A stretch of DNA of 64,000 bases, from IMG/VR virus record IMGVR_UViG_3300046467_003049, one strand, 5' to 3'. The notes beneath the pieces were generated by a model. The model made no database searches. It had not been told where the DNA came from and saw only the letters and a list, made by a program, of their open reading frames with translations. Positions 34,521 through 47,299 of the stretch are shown here, one piece after another. How positions within the stretch are numbered: position 1 is the first letter of the stretch; each line of letters begins with the position of its first letter. A program made the position numbers and the translations under genes. The DNA is from an uncultured virus (IMG/VR IMGVR_UViG_3300046467_003049). Taxonomy: Duplodnaviria > Heunggongvirae > Uroviricota > Caudoviricetes.

Positions 34521-36886
34521 GATATTTCCTTGGTTCGTTTTATGGTTATATAATAACACACGAACAAGTTTTGTCAATCATTTATTCTTAAATGATTGCA
34601 GAAAATATACATACTTGCCCATACACACTTACGCCACCAGAACCCGACTGAAGTTTTTCACACTTCCAGTAGCAAAATCAACATCAACTATACTACCGAC
34701 ATTTTCCAATTCTTCACCTAAAACAACTTTGTCATAATGAATAGCGAAATCATCTACAGGGGCGCAAGCAACTGCACCACTATAACTATCGCAACTTGAA
34801 TATTCGAAGATCGTTTTAAGGTTCATTTTTGCACGCAAAATAGAGGTGATAGACTTACCCATTACCCCACCATCTTCTATGTACTCTTTAACTCCCTTGA
34901 TGCGAACTGTTGCTATAGACAATACATCAACAGTAACAAATACCTGAGCTTGCTTCTCATCGTCAGTCGTAAACACAACAAAACTATCACCATAAAAAAG
35001 CACATCATCAAGCTGATACTTGCAATCTCTATCAGCCAATATTTTACTGACTTTTTCAGCCAACACTCTCGCCGTAACAGCGCCAAATAAAAACATTTCT
35101 TTCATTTTTACTTTCTCTTCAATTTAAAATAATAACATTTTTTATAAGCGCTTAATTAGCACTCACATTGGGTAATTGCGCAGCCACATGCCAATAAACC
35201 TTCGGGCGTTTCATCTTCTACACCAGAAACAATTACAGGCGATACAGCGTTTAGCCAATCACTTGAATACTTCTCACCATCAGGTGAACGGGCATAAGCT
35301 AACATCAACTCAAAATAATCATCAAACAGAGCTTGTGCCACTTTATTACCATTAACAGCATCACGGAATCTCAACCAATCAACACCGTTCAAACCAAGGT
35401 TTCTTTTAATGTCATTAAGCACATTAAACATAAAACCACTTTTACTCGTATCAGGCACAGTACCTAACGTCACAAAAATTGTTTTGTTTAGCTTGCTGCT
35501 AACCTCGCTGATCTCATTAAGCTCAATTGCATCAACAGCTCTAAAGCTTGCTTGTTGCGCAGTGAAATTAGCATTACCTTGATAGTCAACAGACATCACA
35601 AACGGGTACGATGAATCGTCCGAAGAGCAACCAATAAATGTTCGTGCGACAACAAATAAACCTTTAAACATTTCGTCCAAACGTTGGTGATCACTTTTAA
35701 TTACAGTGTATGCCTGATGCGTTTGTAAGTTCATTATAAATACCTTTCCCTATTTACTTATATCCGTGTAAAAAACAGTAGCACTTCTAATGCTACCGCA
35801 CTATTAATTTTATTTTTGAGGTTGATTTACCTTAATACCCGTAACGCTTACATACACCATTTCCACCATGGCATCACTCAGCATTTGAATACGTTGAAAT
35901 AAAGCCAAATAAGCAGTTTTACTGGTGTAGAATAGGACGGGGTTTAAAACGCGAGATACAATCGCAATCAAGGCGATTGCCGACACGATATTGAATATAT
36001 AATCATGGGTAATTGATATGGTTAACCGCTTTATAATTATCGCGTAAATTCATGGTGCTGACCTTGTGTGTGTTTAAGTTAACTAATATTATCATATTGA
36101 TGATATTTGTCAATCCTTTTTAAACAGAATCAGCATTTGTTTAAGGACTTGAACTACCCATTAGCACCATCAACAGTGCTTATGATATTTCGGTGGCCAG
36201 TAACACATTCATAAACATCAACATACGACGCCATATCACGTCTCATCTCACCAAACTTAAAATAGAACGAGCGATCAACCTGAGGATGCTGTTTGTCCAA
36301 ACCTAACTCATAACCAAAAGACACCATCGTCTCCCGTAGTGCCTTAGACGCATTACGAGCAATATCGTTATCAAACTCCTTTACCAGCAGCTTCTCAACA
36401 AAACGATAATCAAAAATAGATAACACACCATCAACACCCGCATTTCTAATCGCTATTAAGCTTAATGGATCGAACTTATCACTTATACTGGCCACTACAT
36501 CATATACAGCACCATACATACGCTTTGAATTCTCCCAGTGCTCTGATGATGGCGTGAAATAACCAATGTTAGAACGACTTTGTACATGCTCAAAATTAGC
36601 AGGACTTAATTCTGCTAGCTTTACTGCTTTGGCTTTATCTTGGTGCTCTGTTGGTATATAAGCATTAAAGAAACGTGACATCGTAGAGTGCTCTTGTGCA
36701 TACTCAATAAACGCTTTTACCTTCGCATCATCCATCATTAATCATCCTTATCAATTAGCTCTATACTAACTATGTCACACATGAACAAAAATAAGCCGTT
36801 TTGACCCGAATGTTTAGCTTTATTTCATTATGATAATGTGCTTTAATATGATAATATATAATACAAAACACACATAAGGACTTATT

Positions 36887-37960
36887 ATGTCAAGCACATT
36901 TAAACGCGCAAAGGTGACGCTTTTTCACAAAGACAACACCACTGACGCCAAAGCATTTGAAAGCACCGTTAAAGCCCAGTTAATGGAGCTTATCCACGAT
37001 TCAGCCTTCGTCCACGAAAGTGGTTTGTTCACACCAGGTGGCACAAAAGACACGGCGGCGAGTTCACAAAAAGCAAAAGATATTTGCAATGCACTCAATA
37101 TTGAATTCAGTCATGAAGCTATGCCTGAGCATATCGAAACCACAGTAAGCGTAAAAAACTCTGAGCCGCCTTATGAATTTGATCGCAATATTATTACAGA
37201 TGCCATTGATGAAATGACAGGTTCACCAAACTTCCAACTCACCAAATCTACGCTTGTTCAACAAGACAGAAGCGACCCCAAAGAAGAACTCGAATACACA
37301 GATCTAATGATCGACCTTGAAACACTATCCACTGAAATTGACACCGCAATTGTCTCTATCGGTTACGTATTCTACAACCCAGACAAACAAATTTTCAGCC
37401 CTACTCGCGAACTATTCGTCGATCATGCTGCCATGGTTAAAGATGGCTATCACGTATCAGACAGTACACTTGAATGGTGGAAAAAGAAAACTGGTCGTGC
37501 TCAAGAAGTTTTCAACTCTACTGATCGCCTTTCTATCGCTGATGCGTTAAACCAATTGGTGAAAGATATCAAAAGATACTCAAGCCCAGAAAAGGTTAAA
37601 CCATGGGGCAATGGTGCATTATTTGATATCGGCGCTATTGGCCATGCTTTCCGGAAAGAGTTTGGTCAAAGTTTCTCTCAAGAGCGAAATGGCAGAATTT
37701 CATTGCGCTCTACACCTTACATGCACTTCTCAGTACGCGATGTACGCACTCACGTCGAAGATGGCTTGCGTTTCGGCTTAAACCCTAAGTACGACATGCC
37801 TTTTACAGGAACGCCTCATAACGCCGCTGACGATGCCTTACATCAAGCTAAATATTGTACTGCTATTACTCAAGCCATGAACAAAGCTGCGCTAATGTAC
37901 AAAAACAACATGGAACTTGAAGTTGAACTAGAACAAAGCACCAATAGCCTGAAAAGATAG
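36887..37960 (+). CDS. 3'-5' exonuclease (DEDDh; phage exonuclease VIII/DUF5051-like) with N-terminal extension
   Basis: LMIDLETL, WGNGALFD, RDVRT and HNAADDALHQA motifs. Confidence 0.85.
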   Translation: MSSTFKRAKVTLFHKDNTTDAKAFESTVKAQLMELIHDSAFVHESGLFTPGGTKDTAASSQKAKDICNALNIEFSHEAMPEHIETTVSVKNSEPPYEFDRNIITDAIDEMTGSPNFQLTKSTLVQQDRSDPKEELEYTDLMIDLETLSTEIDTAIVSIGYVFYNPDKQIFSPTRELFVDHAAMVKDGYHVSDSTLEWWKKKTGRAQEVFNSTDRLSIADALNQLVKDIKRYSSPEKVKPWGNGALFDIGAIGHAFRKEFGQSFSQERNGRISLRSTPYMHFSVRDVRTHVEDGLRFGLNPKYDMPFTGTPHNAADDALHQAKYCTAITQAMNKAALMYKNNMELEVELEQSTNSLKR

Positions 37961-37978
37961 TCCGTTAACTCTCTGCTT

Positions 37979-38004
37979 AAAAGGTCGCTTCGGTGGCCTT
38001 TTTT
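37979..38004 (+). terminator. intrinsic terminator
   Basis: AAAAGGTCGC-TTCG-GTGGCCTTTTTT downstream of the exonuclease. Confidence 0.8.
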
Positions 38005-38194
38005 ATTGGTGAAGTTTCACTAACAATGATTTGTCTACCACCAACCTTTTTCAATGCACACAAAAAAAAGCCTACCTCAACACTAATTGAAATAGGCTTT
38101 TTTATCTGAATTTTAAATTTAGCTTTTGATCACTGGCTGTTTTAAGACGCCTATACCATCACACGCGGGGCAATCCCCTTTTGTTTCATAGCTA

Positions 38195-39194
38195 ACCTGA
38201 ATTCTGGATAAGAATGGAACTATTTGCCCACCTAGCGATCAGATCTTTCGACTAAAAACGATTTGAAAGCAAACAAGGTGGGCAAGTGGATAAACTAATA
38301 GATATTTTTTGTGATGTCGATGATTTTTGTCATAAATTTTTACCTGTATGGGAGGCAGAGTTAATTACTGACGGTGTTAAGAAGCGTAGACGACAATCAA
38401 AAATGTCTACAAGTGAATGTATGACAATCGTTATTGCTTTTCATCAATCAAACCATCGTGATTTCAAGAACTTCTATATAGGATTAGTGCGAAAGTATTG
38501 GTTAGAAGACTTCCCGAACTTATTAAGTTACACACGTTTTTTGAACAAAATGTCTGAACTCATCGTCCCTATGTGTGCTTATTTTCAAACCGTTAAAGGA
38601 GAATCTACGGGCATTGCTTTTGTCGACTCCACAAGTCTTAAAGTTTGCCATAACATTCGTATTCCTCGTAACAAAGTCTTTAATGGCATTGCTAAGCGAG
38701 GCAAAGGAACCATGGGTTGGTTTTACGGCTTTAAATTGCATCTATTGATTAATCACATAGGTGAAATCATTTCTTTGAAGATAACACCTGGCAATACAAA
38801 TGATAGAACGCCTATACCTGAGTTATGCCAAAATCTCACAGGAAAGCTTTATGCGGATAAAGGTTATATAGGTAAAAAATTAAGTGAGAAATTAGCTGAA
38901 AATGATATAGATTTGGTAACAACAGTGCGTAAAAATATGAAAGCTAAAGCGATCAGCTTGTTTGATAGAGCCATGTTATCAAAGAGATACATTATAGAAA
39001 CAATAAATGATCAGCTGAAAAACATTTCACAAGTAGAGCATAGCCGACATCGTAGCGAGACTGGTTTTATGCTGAATGTTATTTCTGGCATAGTGGCTTA
39101 TTGTCTAAAAGAACAAAAGCCATGTATTAAATTATCACCGAGTGAATTTGCTCTGATGGCCATTTAAAACACACGGCTTAAACAGATCTCAGGT
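38195..39194 (+). mobile_element. IS982-family insertion sequence
   Basis: Imperfect terminal IRs ACCTGAATTCTGGATAAG / ACCTGAGATCTGTTTAAG; 6-bp TAGCTA target duplication at 38189-94 and 39195-200. Confidence 0.92.
38286..39167 (+). CDS. IS982-family DDE transposase
   Basis: IFCDVDDFC, FVDST, GWFYGFKLHL, ADKGY and IETINDQLK motifs. Confidence 0.93.
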   Translation: MDKLIDIFCDVDDFCHKFLPVWEAELITDGVKKRRRQSKMSTSECMTIVIAFHQSNHRDFKNFYIGLVRKYWLEDFPNLLSYTRFLNKMSELIVPMCAYFQTVKGESTGIAFVDSTSLKVCHNIRIPRNKVFNGIAKRGKGTMGWFYGFKLHLLINHIGEIISLKITPGNTNDRTPIPELCQNLTGKLYADKGYIGKKLSEKLAENDIDLVTTVRKNMKAKAISLFDRAMLSKRYIIETINDQLKNISQVEHSRHRSETGFMLNVISGIVAYCLKEQKPCIKLSPSEFALMAI

Positions 39195-39656
39195 TAGCTA
39201 TCATCCTCTTTGTATACCTCTATACGCCCGTTTTTACAGTAAAGGTTTTCACATTTGTATGCATTGGCAGCTTTTGTTTTTTTAATGGTTCTGCCTTGGT
39301 TGAAAACCTCAAGCAACCCCTTTAAAATTAAACCTTGGCACACCACACCCACTTTAACAGGAAACACCTTGTCGCCTGCCCAGTATGCCGCATCGCTTGA
39401 ACCCATATACTCAATTGACCAGTTATACAAAACTGCGCTTGAGATAAATTTCCTTTCAGCTTTGGTTAAAGTTTCTACGGCCATAATATTCCCGCTAGGC
39501 TATTTTGCACAGTTTACTGTGCGCGTTCTTTTTTGGGTAACTCAATGGCATTATCAAGCTTTTTCATCATCAAATTAATCTGAACCTGTTTTCTGATCTT
39601 AGCTCGCTTGGCGATAGATTCAATCTCACGCTCTGCAATTTCAATAAGGCCGCGTC

Positions 39657-40532
39657 TCATGATGCCACCTCTTGAGACTGACCACCATTGATAAGATCAA
39701 TAGCTAAACAAACGTCAAAGTTTTCTTCAAACCAGTGCCAAATATCATCAGTTTCATGACCTTTTGTGAAGTGTAAAAAATCTTCATCTATTTCATCACC
39801 ATCGTCATTAACAGGGACATTGCCAAGCATTTGCCACAGACAACGTGCCATCGCTACATTAACTTTCTTTTCGTCAGCTGAATCACGGATATCAACCTTA
39901 GTTAAAAAGAATGGCTGAGCAGTAACAATCTTAGCTAACTCTAACAAGTTAAGCTCACCAACGGTTTTAGACAATACTTTCCCTGTATATTCACACAAGG
40001 AAAATAGCACCGCTGATTCAAATTCAGCAATAGGGGAATAATCGTGCGCCTTCTTTACTACCGCTACACAGGTAAATGCAGACAATAGATCATTTTGGAT
40101 CACTGGGTTATTTTTCGCTTCCCACGAAACACGACGATTAACTTGTACAAGACGCTCACTTTCTTCTTTAATTTGAGAATACATCTCTTTGAAAAAAGAA
40201 GATGTGTCACTTGCAGAAGCATAATAGCGCGTACCAGATTCACCATTAAATACTAACTGAGTCAAGTTTCTACAAGGTTGACCGTTAAACAAAAAAGAAT
40301 AACTATTTCGTTTGTTGTTGATACGATGAATGGCGCGAAAACCCATTATAGACAAGCTACTGTAACTAACCATAATAAGAACCAACAAGCCGCCACGATT
40401 AGTTACCGCAGTAGCTACGTTTTCTTTTACTTTGTTGATATCAACAACTTTGATTTTTGAACCGGATGCAGCTAACTCTGCGTTAGCGTGCTCAATAATT
40501 TTTTCTTTAGGAAATGCATTGTAAGAATTCAT
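39657..40532 (-). CDS. hypothetical protein
   Basis: Promoter at ~40592; exact ACACACAAGG at 40540; C-terminal FLHF.KG....DIWHWFEE motif. Confidence 0.75.
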   Translation of the reverse strand: MNSYNAFPKEKIIEHANAELAASGSKIKVVDINKVKENVATAVTNRGGLLVLIMVSYSSLSIMGFRAIHRINNKRNSYSFLFNGQPCRNLTQLVFNGESGTRYYASASDTSSFFKEMYSQIKEESERLVQVNRRVSWEAKNNPVIQNDLLSAFTCVAVVKKAHDYSPIAEFESAVLFSLCEYTGKVLSKTVGELNLLELAKIVTAQPFFLTKVDIRDSADEKKVNVAMARCLWQMLGNVPVNDDGDEIDEDFLHFTKGHETDDIWHWFEENFDVCLAIDLINGGQSQEVAS

Positions 40533-41727
40533 AATTTAACCTTGTGTGTGAATTAACTTTATACACACATGATACATTCATTATGATAATTTGTCAATCA
40601 TTTATCTTGTAAACAACCTTACTTTTCTTTCGCATTTCATGGTAGCTATCAGCAAAAAGGTCGGTATCAAAACCACCTTCACTTCCTATACCACTCAATA
40701 TTTCTTTGACCTCATCTGGACTAAAAGTATGACTGCTGTTAAATTTTAAATCCAACATTGTGCGACATGACTCTAGCTCACCTTGATACCACCGACCAGA
40801 TTTTGCTTTACCACTCTCAATAAGCTTTTTAATACTAAAAGCAATCGATAAAAAAGCGGTCATTACCAACGTAAACCCACCAACCCAAGACAACACTTCC
40901 TGCATGTAAACCTCTTCACTAAAAATCAACAAGTCGTTTCAAACAACGCCATAACAACGATATTAAACAACCCTCTATAATCACTCATATCAGACATGCC
41001 TACAACGGACTTACGCTCATGCAAACCATTGACATATTCGAATAATATTCCATCTTTTTTACGAACCAAACCAACGCGTCCATTAGCGCCGTTATAAGCG
41101 GTCGCAGAACCCAAATCAAACTCAACAGCCGCATCATTATTAAGAAGCAAATAAGCACACACTTGATGTGCACATTTAACTTGTTCTGTCTGTGCTACAG
41201 GGGTTTTGCGGTAAGATAACACATCGCATTCTTTTACAAACCCAGAAGGGGATTTTATTTCTCTAACACTTAAAGGGCTTAATATAATTTCAGCAAGTTC
41301 TCTTTGGAAAAAATCATACATTGCTCCACACGGCATTACCTTAGAGCGCCTAAATAACTCGGCCGCTATATGTAAAGGGCTTTGCTCTCCGTCCATACAA
41401 AAATACTGGCGTGAAAAACCGGCAGCAGAAAGAAAAACAACATCCTGCAATTGCTGCATAATCCTAGCGCGAGGAACAAGCCCCACACCATCCAATAATT
41501 GCTTAAAGTGCGCCTGGTCCGGAAGCGTTAATGTTCTTGCTACGAAAGCCATTCCTTTTCCCTGTATTATAATTACACTACCACACAAACACCAAGTAAA
41601 GACGGAGTTTGTCAATCATTAATACCCATATATTGACTGTAACAATGTTATCATAATTAAATAATACGTTGCATTATTATCATTTTGAACATATAATAGT
41701 TGCTCATACACAAGACGGAGACACCCC

Positions 41728-41907
41728 ATGCATATTGTTGCAGCATTTGAAGAAATGGTACAGAAAAAAGCCGAAGCGAGACAAGCTGTAAACGAACTTG
41801 TCATGCCTATGATGGCTGGCCAAGAGATTTCGAAAGAAGATCTAAAGAAGCACTGGGATAACATCAACAACAAAATTGACGAAATCATCAAGCCGTTTGT
41901 AGAATAG
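41728..41907 (+). CDS. 59-aa hypothetical protein, absent from the ORF track
   Basis: TTGCAT-17-TATAAT promoter; ACACAAGACGGAG leader; MHIVAAFEEMVQ...KPFVE*. Confidence 0.65.
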   Translation: MHIVAAFEEMVQKKAEARQAVNELVMPMMAGQEISKEDLKKHWDNINNKIDEIIKPFVE

Positions 41908-41996
41908 CCGGCATCAACCAGGTGATGCCGCCAACATGGCTTGCATCACTTCAATTAACAATTCCAGCAGTTTACTGTTAACGGCTAACCTTATCA

Positions 41997-43388
41997 TTGA
42001 CATTCTCCCCCACCTCGCTTCGCGCCAGCCGAAGGCTGGGAAGGAAGGGGATTCATTTGTTAGTTGAATAACAAAGGCTGGCTTTCTAAGAAACCAGAAG
42101 ATGCTCGCTTCAACGCGCTTGCCAATGCAGGCGCTCCACCAGCCAACACGACATGCCCTGCCGCTTCAATATTAAGACTCGCGTTATCATCAGCATTCAT
42201 CGTATGACCGCATTCAATGCAATGAAAAACTGCTTGTGTTTGCCTGTTTAATTTATCTCGATAACCGCAGCACGAACAGGTTTGACTTGTGCCAGCAGGA
42301 TTCACTTTAACGGTTTGACCGTTTCGCCAAGCTTGCTTGTAAGTCGTTAATTCAATTAATTTACCCCAGCCTTGATCGAGTATGGATTTATTGAGTCCTG
42401 ACTTTTGTTTAACCATGCTACCATGGTTATCTGCTGTGCCTTTCGATGATTTCGTCATATGCTTTACTTGTAGCTTTTCAAAGACAATCACTGCGTGGTT
42501 TTGGCTCATGATCGTTGAAAGCTTATGGAGTAAATCGTGTCGAATACGACTAATTTTACAATGTAGTTTGTTAATGCGTACTTTTGCTTTTTGCCAATTG
42601 CTGGAAAATTTAACTTTTCGAGCCAATTGACGTTGAAAGCGAGTGAGTTTTTGTTGATGGTCTTTAATAAGTTTAAAACCATCCACATAAAAGCCACTAG
42701 AGAGCGTAGTATGACGATTAACGCCTAAGTCGATACCAACAATCGTGCTAGATTGATGAGGTCGCTCAGTGCGGGTGTATTCTGTTTGAAAGGATATGTA
42801 CCAATGTCCTGAATCATAACCGACTGTCGTATTTTTAATTTTCCCTATAATATCACGAGAGCAATGAAAGCCAAACGTACCCAGTTTAGGCAAATAAACC
42901 CGATTGCCATGCGTTATGGTTACGCGTTGCGTATAACGAAAACTTGGACGGGATTTATGCTTTTTCTTTAGCGTTGGCAGGCGTTTATTTTTCTGGCTTT
43001 TATCAAAACCGTCTTGATAGGCGCGATAGAGATCTTTCAGCACTTGTTGCAACACGGTTGAATCCACGGTTTTCAGCCAAGTGACTTCTTTTTTAAGTTG
43101 CGTTAAGTGGCTACACATGGTTTGAAAGGATTCCACGTAATGACCGCGACTTCGCCTATATTCTTGGCGCTTTAAGAAGAAATTCCAAATAAATCGACAC
43201 GCGCCAGCTTGTTGCCAGAAAGCGTTGCTTTCTTTACCTAAAGATTTTAACCTGAATTTAAAGCCGCGCTGTATTTTCATGGGTTTAATTTACAATTAAT
43301 TGTTTGTATTGCAAAGGGTTTTTGTGATGGCTTCGCCATGACACTAACCATCCCCTACCTGAAGGAAGGGGCTTTTCGCATTTTTACG
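41997..43388 (-). mobile_element. tnpB-only IS200/IS605-family element
   Basis: CCCCTTCCTTC...AGGT(A/G)GGGG hairpins at both ends; right end TCAA; TTTAC upstream of the left end; excision gives the flanking gene the ending LLFTDKVSR*. Confidence 0.75.
42060..43280 (-). CDS. tnpB: TnpB RNA-guided endonuclease
   Basis: N-terminal GFKFRL/GACRFIWN, GIDLG, VFEKL, TSQTCSCCG, CIECG and ADDNASLNI. Confidence 0.92.
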   Translation of the reverse strand: MKIQRGFKFRLKSLGKESNAFWQQAGACRFIWNFFLKRQEYRRSRGHYVESFQTMCSHLTQLKKEVTWLKTVDSTVLQQVLKDLYRAYQDGFDKSQKNKRLPTLKKKHKSRPSFRYTQRVTITHGNRVYLPKLGTFGFHCSRDIIGKIKNTTVGYDSGHWYISFQTEYTRTERPHQSSTIVGIDLGVNRHTTLSSGFYVDGFKLIKDHQQKLTRFQRQLARKVKFSSNWQKAKVRINKLHCKISRIRHDLLHKLSTIMSQNHAVIVFEKLQVKHMTKSSKGTADNHGSMVKQKSGLNKSILDQGWGKLIELTTYKQAWRNGQTVKVNPAGTSQTCSCCGYRDKLNRQTQAVFHCIECGHTMNADDNASLNIEAAGHVVLAGGAPALASALKRASSGFLESQPLLFN

Positions 43389-45183
43389 GTAAACAACAAC
43401 GCTCTTGCACATGCTGAAACAGCATATGAACCCAGCATAAATAGCGCTGCAAGCGTCAATACCGCACCAATGGCAGTAAACAAACTTACCCATGGCACGT
43501 TAAGCACCGTGACACTAAAAACCAAAACAAACAAAAACACAAAGACCAAAGCAACCACCGTCACCTTAGTCATTTCTGAATCGTTATCTTTTACCGAATT
43601 ATCGTGAGATACATCGTCACTCATATTCGTACACCTTTTATGTGATGCGCTAAATCATTTGCGCTTTATAAACACTGTCAATCAACTACTTCCTTCATTG
43701 TACCCGTGCGATACAAATACGTGTCCTGACTACAAACCACCGACATTGACACCAACATATCATGCCTTGTTTTAACCTCTTCTTCGCCCAGTAAAGCAAG
43801 GCACTTCTTAAGGGCTGCGAGAATTTCAGGGTTATCTATTGCATCCTTTTCGCTTAAAACGTGTAATGCTTTTTGTGCTTCATACATCTCTATTGCACGC
43901 TTGTATTCTGGCGAATCAACCAAGACGATTTTTTTATCACGCGGAAAATCGCTGCAACTATAGCTCGCGCCATCTTTCATTTCGATAGCCCATCTACTTA
44001 CATTATCAACGACATGACGCTGGGTTGCTCTGCCATAATTTTCAAAAACTATGACTTCATCCCCTTGCTTAAGCACACTTAAATCCATAAACGACCTACA
44101 CCTTACTTTAACATCTACTAAGACGCATCACTTTCAATTTCAATACCCATCTTATGGCTTAGCGGTTTTAAAAGCGTTGTTCTATCCATCAAGCTTGTCG
44201 ATCCATGCGCAAGATAGTAAACCACACCGTGTTCATTTTTAAACAACCGGTCTGGATTGGTACTTAATAAATCATTATATGCACTTTCTGGTATTTCTAA
44301 ACTAGGGGCTAATGTCTCGAAAGCTACATTATGGTCTGCCGGATTACACAGAGGCTCTAGCGACTTGAACGACACACCATTTTTATGGGCATACTGCTCT
44401 ACATAAAGCATCAATTGTGACCAGTTAATCGTATCGGTTAACACAGGGGTAAACATGGCAATTATCTCATCGTCGGTAAGGACAACATCACCTGTGTACG
44501 CTTCAAGCGCCGAACGGATCAAAATTAGGTTTTCGCGCTTCATTATTTTACCAATTTCTTCAACCAGCTCATTGCCTTTAGCTTCAACGGCACCAACACA
44601 ATCCATATTGGCACTGCGAAAAAAACGCACAACATAATACAGATTAGGCTTAAACGTATCCGTACTGTTCATAAAACGCACTTCATACGGATCTTTATGT
44701 AACATAGCCGGCGTAATAACCGGTTTATTTGACTCTGTATTCATATAACAACCTTATTTCTTTGCTTTCGTAAAAGAGCTAATCAGCCCAGATAGTGAAT
44801 AAATAATAAAAATTAAACCTATCACAAGCCCGTAGTAAGCGCTTTTTCCATCAATACCATATTGAAGCAGCTCAGATGGCTCAGCAACGCAGTAAAAGTA
44901 AAAACCGGCAACAAGCACAAACGACAATGACGTAAGCACAACAGCAACCAAAACATTAACGATGCGACCAACAAGCGTTTTCGCACCTTCATTTCGACAG
45001 TAACCAAAAACTCTCAACGGAAAGCTAATGATTTCCAATAAATTATAAAACATGACCAATAAATGTATCTTGGTAGTGGCACCACTATAACCTTTTAATT
45101 CCAATTGCATGCGAAACCCGTCGTCAAGATAATTAATATATAGCTAATATTATCATATTGATAGGTTTTGTCAATACTTTTTC

Positions 45184-46185
45184 TTATTCAACACCATTGA
45201 GATGCTTTGGATTCACCTTGGAATTAACTACCGTATCCTCAACAAACACAAACCTCGAATTAGGCGGGTAATTCTTGTACTCACCTTGATAATACTTTTC
45301 ATGCGACAATTGGCGAATATACCATGACCGGTAGTGCTCTGATGGACGTGATTTCTTGAAGCCTGCCGATAGTGATGATGACGAAACACCCTCTTCAATA
45401 GCTCCATCCAATGCAAAACCTTTAACCTTTGGAAAACCACTTAATATAGCATCTGGTTTTGTCATGGCAAAGACAGATATCGACAACACCAATTTAACCA
45501 AAACGTACTGCAACTCTACCTCATTTTCATCTAACTCCTCGCCCATAGGGGATTTAGATTCAAAAGGAAATAGGTACGACCGATACTCTGCGAAATCCTT
45601 AGACTTAAACAGTCTCTCTAACTGTTCACTATGGTAATTTAAAACCGTGGTGCGACCCTCAATATCACTGTAAGTTATTGTCATGATATTAGTGCCGTAC
45701 TGGCGCTGCTCTTCTGGTGGATCAATACCATTCACACCAATTTTATCAATCATCTCTTTTATTGTATTTTCAAAGTCATCCATATCAGGGTAAGTAGATA
45801 TTAATACACCACCTGGTTTGATCCCTTTTACTTCAAATTCAGCAGGCAAGCATAGGGCGAATGCTTTATATGGCGTAAATACTTTAGGCAGCTTATTTAA
45901 ACTGTATTTACCCTTAAGCAGGGCATCAATGTCTTTTTGTTCAACGAAAAGTGCATTCATCCCCGATTTTTCCCAGTTAACCTCTGCGGTCATGGCGATA
46001 GTGTTCATAGGGGATTTCAACTGATGACCATAATATTTCATCAACTCCCTGATTGCCGACCACCCCTTTAAATTTTTAAAACATGCAGGAATACCCTTTG
46101 TCGCAAATTTCCTTTCAATCGCGCAACAAACTCGCGTGTAAACTCGAAATTTTGAACGTTTAATTGGTTTGCTTTTTTTAGCCAT
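45184..46185 (-). CDS. hypothetical protein
   Basis: 333-aa ORF with C-terminal HYRSWYIRQL motif. Confidence 0.75.
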   Translation of the reverse strand: MAKKSKPIKRSKFRVYTRVCCAIERKFATKGIPACFKNLKGWSAIRELMKYYGHQLKSPMNTIAMTAEVNWEKSGMNALFVEQKDIDALLKGKYSLNKLPKVFTPYKAFALCLPAEFEVKGIKPGGVLISTYPDMDDFENTIKEMIDKIGVNGIDPPEEQRQYGTNIMTITYSDIEGRTTVLNYHSEQLERLFKSKDFAEYRSYLFPFESKSPMGEELDENEVELQYVLVKLVLSISVFAMTKPDAILSGFPKVKGFALDGAIEEGVSSSSLSAGFKKSRPSEHYRSWYIRQLSHEKYYQGEYKNYPPNSRFVFVEDTVVNSKVNPKHLNGVE

Positions 46186-47299
46186 AACTACGCCTATCCT
46201 TTTCTTGCGGTTAAGTGAGCGTTCTTTTTTTGCTTGGCTTTAGGGTAACGTTTATCTGTTGTTTGAGTCACAAGCGGAGAAGCATCGCATTTTCCACTTG
46301 CTCTTATGTAATATATTTCGGGGTTAATGCCTCTAGTAGAACCACCTAGAACTGCAATTGTGCGAGAATTTGACATGTAACTATACCTGTGTGCTATCAA
46401 TAGTAATATTGTACGTTATTATGATAAATTGTCAATCATTTTTGCAGAACAATAAAATAATAAAAGGCACTAGAAAGTGCCTCGTTATCAGTTGGCTTTA
46501 AAAATCGTTTTCACTGAGTTTTGAGCTGATTTGGTCAACTGGCACGTAAGACACATTGCCTTCAAGGATCTTCTCATAAGGCAAAAGCTCTAAGTGAGAG
46601 TCAGAGCCATGCTCCATCTCACTAAGGTTAGCTGCGATATTCAAACAATCTTCCATTGCCAACGCTTCAGCTTCTTCCTTCGAGCTTGCCGGAACATCCA
46701 TCGTGATATAGCCATAAATAGGCACAACAACTTCGTAGGCTTCTTCTGATTTTTCTGTACTTTCTAGCTCTTCGCTCATATTAAACACCTCAAAGGTTCG
46801 AGTTAATTTGGTTTCGTCTTCATTTTGAGCATCAGTGACTTTAAATTCAATATTTTTATCATCATTCGTGACATAAATGTTTAGGTGGTTATCTTCATCA
46901 CCCACAACCTCAATACTATAACCTAAGCGGGATAAACTATGCGAACTAGGTTCGTGCTCAATCGTTTCATCTTTACAATAAGCCGCCTCGATACCTTCAG
47001 TGGTGAAACGTTCGCCAAACTCATCACAAGCTTCGCTTGAGCCATTTGACAGATCATCAACACAAGAAATTTTGGTTTTATCTTGGTTCGTTAGGCTAAT
47101 AACAAGATTTTCAGAGTCTTCATTAACAAAAACACTCCAATTACCAACGTTAACTGTATTCTCTTTAGAATTATTTTCCACGGGTAAATCCAACTTTAAA
47201 AACAATATATGCATTTTATCACAACGAACAGTGTTGTCAATCATTTATTTTTAATAAAAAGAGTTTACGGGAGTTTTGATTTTCAGATAGGTAGTAGTA

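Larger units (their letters stand above)
38119..39484 (-). pseudogene. zinc-finger protein gene interrupted by IS982
   Basis: Removing the IS and one TAGCTA restores ...CENLYCKNG...EDDSYETKGDCPACDGIGVLKQPVIKS*. Confidence 0.8.
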
